A DNA stretch of 64,000 nucleotides, taken from contig JBHGNT010000020.1 of assembly GCA_043228905.1 (NCBI GenBank), forward strand, positions 7,750,001 through 7,814,000, written 5' to 3'. Every line of letters begins with the position of its first letter. The first letter of the stretch is position 1. Origin of the DNA: Azolla caroliniana (Eukaryota > Plantae > Polypodiophyta). The notes under the pieces are model-generated. The model was not told the DNA's origin. It did not search any database and saw nothing but the letters and a program-made list of their open reading frames with translations. Shown here in pieces: positions 21,301-33,021 of the stretch. Position numbers and translations under genes: made by a program.

Positions 21301-23998
21301 TCGGGGTTGTCGCACCACATACATCTTTACACCAATGGGGGACGTCGATCTTGAGGGCTGCCACTCTCTCTCCTAGCTTGCGCTATTTGGAGATCTCGCA
21401 CCATCTTTGTGAGCTCATCTATTGCCGACCCTCTCGACGGTGCTTCAACCACGTCTCTCTCAGGGATGAACCTTGCATTTGGTTGCTCTCTTTCTTGAGG
21501 TATTCTACCACCCCTGGGTTCGTGTGTCTCACTAATGGAGCCTAGGGATGTTTGGCAGCTCAACGGAGACCCGTCATTCCATTCCCTTCTCTTATCGAAG
21601 CAGTTACAAACCCATTTTACCATAGCCCAATCCGTTGTGAGCCCATCATCAGTTTCGAGGAGGGACCCCACCTTCTCTCGGTCTCGTGCATCAACAGTCT
21701 TTATGAATAGTAGGACTTTGCTTGTGTCAGGCACCATCCTATCGAGCGTCGAGAGTCGCGCAAAGCGCTTCTCAAATTCTTGTAAAAGTACCATAGTATT
21801 TCTCCTCTTGCCGGGAAGCTCCACCCACTCCATTAGATCCCTTTTCGAAATTCTGAGTGAGTCATCAAGGCCGTACTTCTCAAGGAGTCTTTCTTCGAAC
21901 TCCACCCAATTGCAACAGTCCACTTGGATCTCGAGTACCTCTGCGTGGATACTCGGCGTTACCACTCTAGCGAATCCGGTTAGCCGCCTATCTTCGGGGA
22001 CGTTTTGCATAAGCATTTCGGCCTTATAGGCATCCAAGTGGCTCGTGATATCTCTTCCATTGAACCGACCCGTTGTGTTGACCACCATCTCTATGGCCCG
22101 GTCTAGGCCGGTGATGCCTTCTCGGGCATTTACCAAGTGGTCCACCACCGTCGCCATCGCTTCAGCGAGTTCTCCTCCTCGCATCTTGGTTCTCCCTTGC
22201 CACCCTTTCACGTCAGGTTCACCAATTTATGTCCCGAAGTTTCGCGCACGTGTGTTACTTGGGCGGGACCACGGGGGTCTTGGACTAGGGAGTACTCAAG
22301 GGATAGAGAAGACCCGAGGTTTGCTTTATGACAATAGTACTTCCCGACCCCTTCCCGAGCAAGGTCTCGTTGCCCTTTGTTTTGTGAGGCCGGTGGCTCT
22401 CGTTGATCACGACTCATCGACCTTTCGAGATTACTGCACGAGCCAAGGGACCAAACGGGTACAAGCAAGATGAGCACGCAAGATGAACGCACAAGGGGAC
22501 TATAACACAAACATGAATGTCCATATGTCTTTATGAGGAGGAGAGGTGCATGGGCACGCCCGAACGCTCCCTCATCACAAGACGTCGAACGTACGAGGAA
22601 GACACAAAACACACGCACAAATGCTCGTACGCCTTTATGAGGAGGAGAGGTGCATGGGCACGCCCGAAACGCTCCCTCGTCACAAGACGGCCGAATGTAC
22701 AAGGAAGACACCAATACACACACAAAATGCTCTTACGCCTTTATGAGGAAGAGAGGTGCATGGGCAAGCCCAAACGGTCCCTCGTCACGAGACAACCGAA
22801 CGTACAAGAAAGACACAAACACACGCACAAATGCTCGTACGTTTTTATAAGGAGGAGAGGTGCATGAGCACGCCCGAAACGCTCCCTCGTCACAAGACGG
22901 CCAAATGTACAAGGAAGACACAAACACACACACAAAATGCTCGTACGCCTTTATGAGGAAGAGAGGTGCATGGGCAAGCCCGAACGGTCCCTCGTCACGA
23001 GACAACCGAACGTACAAGAAAGACACAAACACACGCACAAATGCTCGTATGTTTTTATAAGGAGGAGAGGTGCATGGGCACGCCCGAAACGCTCCCTCGT
23101 CACAAGACGACCGAACGTACAAGGAAGACATGAATAAAGAAAGAAGGAGAGAAAGAAACACGAATGATATCGACCAAAGAGATAAATACTTGTTCGATTC
23201 CAACGCAAAAGGACCCTTTATAAAATAGGGTTTTGTTTACAATGGCAACTTATAGTTAACCACAAGCTCAATCAAAACAAAAATATTAAATGCCCTTCGA
23301 GACAAAAGCAAATCCGAACACGGCGAAGATGAACAAACGAGCACCACCAAAATGCCAATCCCAACGAACCATGACCACCCGAACGGCGAGCACACGGGCT
23401 CACAACAACGAACCGGGCGGAGCAACATCGAACCAACGAAGTTTGGGCTCACGAGCACTTCGAGTGCCGACGCGAAGAAGACGAGCACGTGGTGATGGGG
23501 GGGATGAAGGGGTATGAGATGAAGAGAAGTGGTGAATAAGAAGATGAAGAGCTCCGAAGGAAAATTGGCGATAGTCTCCTCCTCCCAAAACGTCCTCCGA
23601 AATGAGCCCCCCTCGACCTCCTTTTATAGGAAAAAAAGAAGGGGGGTTGCCAATTTTGTCTTCAATGAGAAAGGAATAAAATTCCTTAAATCACGCTACA
23701 TTGTAAGACTAGATTTGAACCATGCACCTCTAGCTAATAGTCAATGTAACTATCCACTAACCCACTAGCTCATAATCCTATCTCTATAAATTCTTAGCCT
23801 GTCTCTCCTCTACATTTTATCTCTCTTCTCTCTTACTTTTTGCACGGGCTTCTATGCATCCTTTCCACCCTTTCTTTTCCCTTTTATTTTGCATATGCAT
23901 AACGAATCGCTTTTGTGGGCACATACATTGCACATGCACATTTTTTATCCCCCCCTTTCGCCGGTTTTTCCCACTCTCAAGCACGCCACATCACGACA
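18334..23998 (-). mobile_element. Ty3/gypsy with tRNA-Trp PBS: 5' LTR, gag, protease, RT, RNase H; interrupted after RNase H by the Tat-like element
   Basis: LTR 22230-23998 (tgtc..gaca); PBS TGGTGAACCTGACGTGA 22224-22208; gag 21327-22211, knuckle CMWCDNPDHLRREC, protease LIDHGSEIN, RT DLYSGYDQ/FLDD, RNase H ETDC..NAMADMLSR; frameshifts and a deletion near 19630. Confidence 0.88.
22515..23130. repeat. LTR-internal tandem repeat, 104/106-bp units forming a 210-bp dimer, ~6 units
   Basis: ttat(g/a)aggaggagaggtgcatg-like motif at 22531, 22635, 22741, ~22845, 22951 and ~23055. Confidence 0.9.
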
Positions 23999-24644
23999 AC
24001 GTGTCAGTACTTCTGTCAGTCCGTATGGACTTGTATAAAATTGTTCACTGAGCACATCCTATGTACATATTGAGTATTACTTTTTAATTGAGTTTGTGTT
24101 TATTCTCTTTATCTATCTGTCTCTCCCGCGTATTGTGTATATTCAAGCTCTCCATTAAACCTGCATTTCTGTGTTCGGTTTTCTATTGCTTCCGCACGCT
24201 ATTCTTTTTACATGGTATCAGAGCACAAGGGTTGAGAACCTCTGCAGCCGACCTTAGCTCAAGAAGAAAACCTAACATTTGTAAAGAACAAGAAGAACAA
24301 AATGAATAGAGGCATGACTAGCTCGCTTCCTACCGAGAAGCTCGACAAAAACAACTACGTGCCTTGGTCGTACAAGATGCACCAGTACCTGCTCGGGCAT
24401 GGATATTGGAGCTATGTCGACGGAGCCAATGACACAACACCTGATTCGACACACAAAGATTTCCTAGTGTGGGAACAGTCGGCGAGTAGAGTCCTGGGGG
24501 CTTCACTATGAAAACTTGTATGATAGCACGTGAGTTCATCAAAAGGGGTTTAAATTAACCATTGAGATACAAAACGTATATAAAAATGCATAAAAAATAT
24601 ATTTACATAAGGGTATTATCAATTATGCTATAGAAAAAAATTAC

Positions 24645-25190
24645 ATAAGCCCATGAAATATTAGATATTTCAATGAGATAATAAAGAATATATTGTGCCA
24701 ACAATAGTCAAATTTGGAGTTGCATGCATACATACATACATATACATGCATATATGTACCTACATTTAAACATTACATCCATAAATATGTATATACATAC
24801 ATTACACCCATTTATACATGCATACTGACTAAACATGAATATATATTATCATATGTAGATATGTACATACACATACATAAATACAAATATGTAAATGCAT
24901 ACATGATACATATAATAAGCCCATGAAATATTAGATATTTCAATGAGATAATAAAGAATATATTGTGCAAACAATAGTCAAATTTGGAGTGGCATACATA
25001 CATATACATGCATACATGCATATATGTACCTACATTTAAACATTACATCCATAAATATGTATATACATACATTACACCCATTTATACATGTATATTGACT
25101 AAACATGAATATGTATACAAATATATATTACCATATGTAGATATGTACATACACATACATAAATACAAATATGTAAATGCATACATGCTA
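24645..25190. repeat. Tandem duplication, 270-bp period, rich in (TACA)n
   Basis: ataagcccatgaaatattagatatttc at 24645 and 24915 with collinear continuation. Confidence 0.9.
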
Positions 25191-25758
25191 CCTACATATT
25201 ATAATAAGCCATATGTATTGACAAATGTTAACACATGCATAAAAATTACATATTACATATCATATGATCCATTCATATCACACAATATACAAATTTATAT
25301 ACACATACATACACATGGGGGGAGAGAGAGAAAGATTCATTTTTGTTAACTTCTTCTCTTCCTTTTTCTCACAGAGGAATGAGATAGAGAGAGACAAGGT
25401 TTACTTGTATCTGTGGCTGTCTTCACCTTCATCGGCAGAAACGGCGGCGGCTCTTGGAGTGCTAAGCAACACCTTGCTTTTGAGGATGGAGGTTGCCATG
25501 AGGGATCCGCTAATTCTTCCTTCAATCTTTAGCACTTGCTTATGAAGCTCTCACTCACTCACTCACTCACTCTCTCTCTCTTTTCTGGCGCTTTTGGATT
25601 GCTCTTGCAGGTAATCATTGGCCGTGGAGGAGGGGCGGCTTTGTGTCTAGTGGAGCAATAACATCGGTTGGGGTGGGGGAGGGGGTAGTGGTGGTGCTCC
25701 TATTGTAGAAGAGAAGGAAGAAGTAAAAGAGAAACAAGAAGAAAGCGATGATGATATG

Positions 25759-28700
25759 TATTATAGATCATAGTACTAATGTAAGCTTAAGATAAGGATA
25801 ATAAAAAGATAGATAGAAAGGAGAAAGAGAAAAAAGGGTGCCGATCCACCCGACCACCCCCGAGCGAAGGGATCGAGACGGACTCGAGCCTCGATCGGCG
25901 TCCCATACCACCGCCGTGGCGTCGAGTCGTACCTGGTGCTGGCGCGCTCGCTACAAGAGTTGACCCACCACACGAGCAGAGTCTCGATGTAGTCAAAAGA
26001 TGATCAAATGAGGGTAGCTAGGCCTCTTATTTATAGCGAAACCCAAGGCCCCCAGGCAAGTTCACACTTGACCTAATGGGTTGTCTCAATCCCGAGGATT
26101 AAAAGTAATCCTCCCCTTCTTTACACTCTCCTTTAACCCTCACACTTATCCACGTGTATAGAATACTACGGTAAATTCTTACCACGGGATATTATATGGT
26201 CATGCCCGTAACATACTCCCCCTCTTTAAAACATTGCACTCTTGCAATGGAAAGTTAGGGAAGTTAGTTCTAAGTGTATTTTCGCGTTCCCATGTGGCAT
26301 CTTTTATTGATTTATCCATCCATTTTATTTTGAATTCTCGGATTTCTTTAGTACGTAATTTTTTTGTTTTAACATCGAGAATTCTTTCTGGTACATGTGG
26401 TTTAGAAGATAATTCTTCAGAAGTAACCAGAGTTTCAGTCGTAGCTGTATTGTCGCCAGAACCTAGAAGTTCTTTTAGACGACTCACATGAAAGACTGGA
26501 TGAATTCCGACACCATCGGGAAGAGCGAGACGATAGGCTGATGACCCAATGCGTTTGAGGACTGTAAAAGGTCCACAAAACCGTGGGGCTAACTTAGCGC
26601 ACTTACCCGTAGACAATGTCTTAGAATTGTGAGGTACACGTAAAAATACCTTCTGTCCAGGGTTGAATACACGAGGTTGCCTATGATGATCGGCATAAAA
26701 ACGCGCTCTATCTTGAGCTGTTTTTATATTATCTCGTGCAATATGCAACATATCTTGCATATCCCGAAGAAAGTTTTGCGTACTTCGCAACTCATCATGA
26801 TGTATAGTAACATCAATCGGGGCTCGTGGCTGAAAACCATACATCAACATAAAAGGACTATATCCCGTCGACGTATGCTTGGAGCTGTTATAAGCAAACT
26901 CCAAAATTGGGAGATAACGTTCCCATTTTGTTGGTTTTGCACCAACGTATGCTCGAAGCATGTCCTCAATAATTTGATTTACTCGTTCTGTCTGTCCATC
27001 GGATTGAGGATGATCCGTGGAGCTCATGCTCAACGTAGTTTCTAACTTCTTAAAGACCTGTGTCCAGAAGTCACTAGTAAACTTTGGATCTCGATCACTC
27101 ACGATATCCATCGGTAACCCATAAAAACGAAACAATTCGTCAACGAATTGGTAAGCCAATTCAGGAGCTGTTATCGTGGTTTTAGTAGCAATAAATCTGG
27201 CCATTTTAGTTAGTCGATCAACGACAACCCAGATGGCATCATGACCTTTTTGGGTGCGAGGAAGGCTAACAATAAAATCCATGGATATACTTTCCCACTT
27301 ATTATTGGGAATGTCCAAGGGATGTAAAAGTCCTGCGACTTTAAGTCGCTCGGCTTTGTTAACCTGACACTGGTGACATTTAGTCACATAGCTATGTATG
27401 TCAGGACGCATCTTAGGCCAATAAAATTGAGTGGAGATGAGAACGAGTGTACGATGTATTCCAGGGTGCCCTGCTGAGGGTGCATCATGGCATTCAAAAA
27501 GAATCCTCTTTTTGACCTCGGGTAAATCTGGAACACAAACCTTCCCATTACGGTAGAGCAAACCGTTAGCAATGTGGAAGTATTCCTTCGAGGATGTGGT
27601 GGTGTCTGTTCCAGACTCAACTCTTGCCCAGTATTTTGCGAAATAACTGTCATCAGGATACTTTCCTCGAAGGTGATCATAAAGATCTGATGATATTTCA
27701 GTGAAGCTAAGCGTGTTAACTTCACGGATGCGACTTAGTGCATCAGCGACAGTGTTCATGGAACCTTTACGATATCGTATGGAAAAATCAAAGTCCTGGA
27801 TGAGATCAGCCCATCGTGCCTTACGACCTTTCAGGTCTTGTTGGTCACAAAAATATTTCAAGGACTCGTGGTCCGTAGTTACCACAAAGTGATTTCCATA
27901 AAGATAATGGCGCCATGTTTTGAGCGCATGTATAACTGCAAATAATTCCTTTTCTTGAACGGTATACCGACATTGAGCAGAATCAAGTTTCTTACTCTCG
28001 AATGCTATCGGTTTACCATCTTGATACAAGACAGCACCTATAGCGTAATCGCTGGCATCGGTTTCAACCTCAAAAGGTTTTGAAGGATCGGGTAAAAGAA
28101 GTGAAGGAGCCTTGCAAACCAAGTCCTTGAGTTCCGTAAAGGCAAGGTCTAGTGTAGCATTCCACACAATAGGTTTTGTAGACTTACGCGTTTGACCTTT
28201 TAAAAGATCAGTAAACGGCGTCGTCAATTGGGAGTAATTACGAAGAGACTTTCGCAAAAACCCCACAAAACCAAGGAATGATCGAACTTCTCGAATATTC
28301 CGAAGAGTGGGCCAAAGCTTGATTTTCTCAATGCGAGAAGGATCAATTTCAACTCCTCGTTCGGTTATGAGATGTCCTAGATAAGTAATTGATTTCTTGA
28401 AGAACTCACATTTTGAGATCTTCGCATAAAACTGTTTGTCACGCAATGTTTGTAAAACAAAGCGGACATGTCTAGCATGTTCTTGTAATGTACGGCTATA
28501 AACTAAAATATCATCCAAGAAAATAACGACAAATTTTCCAAGTTGTTCTCGGAAAATGTCATTCATTTCTTGTTGAAAAGTAGCCGGAGCATTGGTCAAA
28601 CCAAAAGGCATAACCAAAAACTCGTAATGGCCATAGCGCGTACGAAATGCCGTTTTAGGAACATCGTCCTCACTTATTCGTATTTGATGGTAGCCAGTAC

Positions 28701-31700
28701 GGAGATCAAGTTTCGTAAAATACCGAGCTCCCTGGAGACGGTCAATTAGATCGTCAGCCCGGGGCAATGGATACGAATTCTTGATCGTCACTTTATTCAA
28801 GCGTCGGTAATTAATACACATACGCCATGTGCCCTCTTTCTTTTTAACCAAGAGAACTGGTGCACCCCATGGAGATTTACTATAACGTATATAACCCATT
28901 CGTAAATAGTCCTTGAGTTGCTTAGATACCTCATCTTCTTCGGATCGACTTAAGCGATACGGAGGTATACTTATTGGTGCAACACCAGGTACAATATCTA
29001 TACGATGGTCTATATTACGTTTAGGAGGTAACCCATCAGGTAGTTCACTTGGAAAAACATCATGAAAATCATTTAAGATTTCATCAAGTTGTTGTTGTTC
29101 AAAATATGTTAATTGAATCGGGACATTATCGATATTGTAAACGTGAATGTCCGGATCAAGTACACAATAAAATAACGTAGAACAAGACAACTCGGATATT
29201 GATGGACACGAGGAAACAATCGAGAGGGATTGTTTTTTTACACATTGAATAAAATGCGTACAATCGTTCAGTACAAAAGAAATGGAATGACGAACCCAAT
29301 CAATAAATAAAGAAGAGTTTTTATTATAAAACCAGGGATAACCCAGTATTACATCGGTGGTACAAAGATTCATTACATGGAAGTCTACTTCCTCTATATA
29401 AGTATCAATAGAAATTCCTAATGAATGAATCGCCCCGTTGATGTATTGTACTCTTCCATCAGCCAAGTGCACCGTGTAGGTGTGATCACTTACGGTGGGT
29501 TGGATTCCCCATATCTGAACCAAACGATCATTCACAAAATTGTGTGAGCTTCCCGAATCAAATAAAAATTGTACGGGAGATCCATTGATATACCCGTTTG
29601 CACGTAGTAAATCATTGGGACCCAATACATAGTGAGGGAAAGAACATTGACAATTACTTAAATGATGTGTATAGACCTGAAGGACATTAGGAATCTGACC
29701 TTTATGGTCTGCAGCTTTAGCTTTGTTGTCGTGCTCTTTCCGTTGGAGCTTTCGACATTGATCTTTTGTATGACTCTTCTTTTTGCAGAATACACAAAAA
29801 GGATGTTGTCGCTTACAATCGCGATCCAGGAATTCGTTGGGTGTCTTGCGTTTCCCAACAAATTGCGACTGCTTAGTCCCGGGCGCTTCGTTGGGTTTGT
29901 TATGGTCCTTCTTCGAAGTGCGTTGATAGCGAAGAACTATTTCAACGGCCTCTTCGAAGGATTTTGGATCCTTATCGTGCACTATCCAGTGATAGTCCGA
30001 ATTGGGGATGCCATTGACAAAACAAGCTATCAACCAATTGTCCCCTTCTAGACCCGATTTTTGGATTTGGGTTCTAGCATGGTGAACATAGTCTTCTAGC
30101 GAGGAAAATTTCCTGCTAGAGAGGTTCATTAAAGCTTGTGCTGCCTCGGTTCGAGAGGGAGGTTGCAGAAATTGGCCCTTAAAAACCGTGACAAAATCTG
30201 TCCAGGTATCGGGCAATTTCCCCATAGTACGGAGGCCACGCCACCAGGCGGCGGCCTTACCCCCGAGTTCTCGGCCGACATATGCAATCTTCGTACTATC
30301 TGGCGTGGGATAGAGCTCAAAATGAGACTCCCATCGTCCCAGCCATGTGCAGATTGCTTCTTCGGTTCTTTCCTTTTTGTCTCCCGTAAATGGCTTAACG
30401 ACAAATGATGGTTCACCTTGTCGCTCATCAGGTCTATTAGTCTCACGTTGTAGGCTAATGACACGTGCCTCAAGAGCACTCTGAGATTGCCGAAGTTCGG
30501 TCATCTGTTGAGCGGTGAAACTAAGGAATTGGGTTATTTGTGCCAAATACATCTCAGTGGACATTTGTCCAGGAGGATTCCCTTGAGTTCCTTCCGCTTG
30601 AGCGGATGACATCGGGTCGTTAATTTGAGCCATTAAAGATTATTTCTGGAAAAGAAATAGGATAAGGTCAGAGATATAGTCATAACATCTTGTCGTGATG
30701 TAAACATATCATGGGCGAGCATTAATCGATATCATTATCTCACGTCAATACCCCTCTAGACGTATGAGATGAGGTTCAAGATCAGGTTACTATGGTAACA
30801 CAAAGGTGTTTTAAAAACCATGGGGGTGACAAATAAATGTCTTTCCCTGATCTCTATATCGATTTTTTCATGGTGGCTCCCCGAGGCTCAACCATGTATG
30901 TTCACGTCATGAATAGTTTATACACGAAAAAAAATGTTAACAATAAACTATGTTTCGGTGCCCACATAAGTGGTTTCGGCTCTTTAAGTCCGATTACGAG
31001 GACCCCGAGGTGCACTTAGACCTTAAGTCTAAACATGTGTTATAGTCATATGTATCAAGGATGTTGTATGGTCTTGGTCATATTTGAACTCGAGACCTCG
31101 AGAACAAATACATTAAACACTTGAGCCAACCAAGTAAGTTGCTCTTCTCGAATGCTTAATGTTTGATGCGTATAAGAGATATGCGAGGCAATTGATCATA
31201 TACGTTTTTTTAAAAGAACATATATGTCAAGGGTCCTTATTTCGCCCTCATTTACCAACACTATGTTGGTACGTTACCTAACCTCAAGTCTCGTAATTAC
31301 GATGGCATATGTCAAAGGGCAACCTAATGGGTTGTCTCAATCCCGAGGATTAAAAGTAATCCTCCCCTTCTTTACACTCTCCTTTAACCCTCACACTTAT
31401 CCACGTGTATAGAACGAGCTCATGGTGGCATCGTATCCATGTAACGAGGGAAGGATGTTGGATACGTGCGTCATTGGAGCGACCTCACTTGAAGTGGGTC
31501 AAGCCCTACGTACTCAACATCATTTTGGCTATTGGCGTTTCTTTACGTAACGAAATCGAGGTCGTCAACGGGGTTATCAACAATAAAAAAATGTTGAAAA
31601 AGGGATGGTGACAACGCCATTCTCACAAAAATGTGAGGACGGCCACCAACATCCTTTTCCCGATCATGACAACTTTCGATATAATCACATAATAACGAAT

Positions 31701-32750
31701 ATACACATATGGTTACTTATCACATATATACGATCAAATACGTATATATGTGACCACATATGCCTATATTCAACATATCGTTATAGTAAATAGCCACAAA
31801 TGATGTGATCGAGATACGTAATCGAGGTATATACCTCTACGCACACGAAATATCCACAAATAAGAGATCATCGTAATACGCAATGGAGGTATTGACCTCT
31901 TACGCATAAGAGACCAAACGCATATCGTTTACAACAAATCAAGGTATTAAATTCATACGCAAACGTAACATATGTTCGTGAACGTAATACGTAATTGAGG
32001 TATTAACCTCGTACGCATACGACACTCATCACATATTATTAACATGTCAAACGAGGTATTGACCCCGTGCACATATGTAAACGTTTTAGATAATCAATTA
32101 AAGACCACTACAACATCATTGATTTAATGAAAAAAATTACATATCAACTAAACACATGATTAGATGGGAGAAGAGAGAATAGAAAAAAAAATATGGAAAG
32201 AGTTACCGAAGTTCTTTGTTGATCGTTGTCTGGATCAAGGCCAACCGCACAATGATCGATCAGCATCAATCAAAAGACAAATGAAAAACAAAGAAACATT
32301 AGTAAAAAAATCTGATACCAAATATTATAGATCATAGTACTAATGTAAGCTTAAGATAAGGATAATAAAAAGATAGATAGAAAGGAGAAAGAGAAAAAAG
32401 GGTGCCGATCCACCCGACCACCCCCGAGCGAAGGGATCGAGACGGACTCGAGCCTCGATCGGCGTCCCATACCACCGCCGTGGCGTCGAGTCGTACCTGG
32501 TGCTGGCGCGCTCGCTACAAGAGTTGACCCTAAAAGATGATCAAATGAGGGTAGCTAGGCCTCTTATTTATAGCGAAACCCAAGGCCCCCAGGCAAGTTC
32601 ACACTTGACCTAATGGGTTGTCTCAATCCCGAGGATTAAAAGTAATCCTCCCCTTCTTTACACTCTCCTTTAACCCTCACACTTATCCACGTGTATAGAA
32701 TACTACGGTAAATTCTTACCACGGGATATTATATGGTCATGCCCGTAACA
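25759..32750 (-). mobile_element. Full-length young Ty3/gypsy chromovirus
   Basis: LTRs 25759-26213 and 32323-32750, identical by eye except one indel; TSD atatg (25754-25758, 32751-32755); Met-type PBS tggtatcaga 32320-32311; PPT ~26216-26225. Confidence 0.97.
26200..30633 (-). CDS. Intact 1477-aa Gag-Pol polyprotein with chromodomain
   Basis: Knuckle [38 protein letters not shown], RNase H ETDAS, integrase HHCC and SMDF/SDRD/GQTE, GPF, chromodomain PERILD..KIKW..ATWE; stop codon lies inside the 3' LTR. Confidence 0.97.
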   Translation of the reverse strand: MAQINDPMSSAQAEGTQGNPPGQMSTEMYLAQITQFLSFTAQQMTELRQSQSALEARVISLQRETNRPDERQGEPSFVVKPFTGDKKERTEEAICTWLGRWESHFELYPTPDSTKIAYVGRELGGKAAAWWRGLRTMGKLPDTWTDFVTVFKGQFLQPPSRTEAAQALMNLSSRKFSSLEDYVHHARTQIQKSGLEGDNWLIACFVNGIPNSDYHWIVHDKDPKSFEEAVEIVLRYQRTSKKDHNKPNEAPGTKQSQFVGKRKTPNEFLDRDCKRQHPFCVFCKKKSHTKDQCRKLQRKEHDNKAKAADHKGQIPNVLQVYTHHLSNCQCSFPHYVLGPNDLLRANGYINGSPVQFLFDSGSSHNFVNDRLVQIWGIQPTVSDHTYTVHLADGRVQYINGAIHSLGISIDTYIEEVDFHVMNLCTTDVILGYPWFYNKNSSLFIDWVRHSISFVLNDCTHFIQCVKKQSLSIVSSCPSISELSCSTLFYCVLDPDIHVYNIDNVPIQLTYFEQQQLDEILNDFHDVFPSELPDGLPPKRNIDHRIDIVPGVAPISIPPYRLSRSEEDEVSKQLKDYLRMGYIRYSKSPWGAPVLLVKKKEGTWRMCINYRRLNKVTIKNSYPLPRADDLIDRLQGARYFTKLDLRTGYHQIRISEDDVPKTAFRTRYGHYEFLVMPFGLTNAPATFQQEMNDIFREQLGKFVVIFLDDILVYSRTLQEHARHVRFVLQTLRDKQFYAKISKCEFFKKSITYLGHLITERGVEIDPSRIEKIKLWPTLRNIREVRSFLGFVGFLRKSLRNYSQLTTPFTDLLKGQTRKSTKPIVWNATLDLAFTELKDLVCKAPSLLLPDPSKPFEVETDASDYAIGAVLYQDGKPIAFESKKLDSAQCRYTVQEKELFAVIHALKTWRHYLYGNHFVVTTDHESLKYFCDQQDLKGRKARWADLIQDFDFSIRYRKGSMNTVADALSRIREVNTLSFTEISSDLYDHLRGKYPDDSYFAKYWARVESGTDTTTSSKEYFHIANGLLYRNGKVCVPDLPEVKKRILFECHDAPSAGHPGIHRTLVLISTQFYWPKMRPDIHSYVTKCHQCQVNKAERLKVAGLLHPLDIPNNKWESISMDFIVSLPRTQKGHDAIWVVVDRLTKMARFIATKTTITAPELAYQFVDELFRFYGLPMDIVSDRDPKFTSDFWTQVFKKLETTLSMSSTDHPQSDGQTERVNQIIEDMLRAYVGAKPTKWERYLPILEFAYNSSKHTSTGYSPFMLMYGFQPRAPIDVTIHHDELRSTQNFLRDMQDMLHIARDNIKTAQDRARFYADHHRQPRVFNPGQKVFLRVPHNSKTLSTGKCAKLAPRFCGPFTVLKRIGSSAYRLALPDGVGIHPVFHVSRLKELLGSGDNTATTETLVTSEELSSKPHVPERILDVKTKKLRTKEIREFKIKWMDKSIKDATWERENTLRTNFPNFPLQECNVLKRGSMLRA

Positions 32751-32974
32751 ATATGGGATTCTCATTGTTTGATTATAATTAATTAATTCAACTATTAGAG
32801 TAGAAATAGTGTCTTTTTGTTTGCATTTTGTATTCGGCCTTTTTTCACTTTATTGAGTCTAGTTGCTTTGAAAAAGTGGCTATTGGGAATTTATTTATAA
32901 GGGTTTTTTCTTCATGACATGGATGTATGTGTGTTTACATTCTGGAGTTATCAATAGTAAGTGAGTTGCTTTGG

Positions 32975-32976
<2 letters not shown>

Positions 32977-33016
<40 letters not shown>
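32977..33016. repeat. (AG)n microsatellite
   Basis: Pure AG run of about 20 units. Confidence 0.95.

Positions 33017-33021
<5 letters not shown>

Larger units (their letters stand above)
25413..32775 (+). pseudogene. RPP3: 60S acidic ribosomal protein P3 pseudogene (25413-~25548, 25611-25758, 32756-~32775), split by a chromovirus
   Basis: (V)AVFTFIGRNGGGSWSAKQH matches the plant P3 N-terminus; intron acceptor ttgcag then VIIG..GGG; C-terminus EEKEEVKEKQEESDDDM|GFSLF rejoins across the atatg TSD; start is GTG and stops are present. Confidence 0.85.

Noticed and set aside
22208-22224. tRNA-Trp gene
   Set aside because: Only the 3' 17 nt including CCA, adjacent to an LTR: a primer-binding site.
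22208-23208. Repetitive ORFs on both strands
   Set aside because: By-products of the 105-bp LTR repeat.
24714-25349. His/Tyr-rich ORFs here and Cys/Tyr-rich ORFs at 33132-34409
   Set aside because: Translations of (TACA)n/(TGTA)n low-complexity DNA.
25413-32775. Functional host RPP3 locus
   Set aside because: No ATG, internal stops, missing donor, split by a retrotransposon and enclosed in a TSD-bounded insertion.
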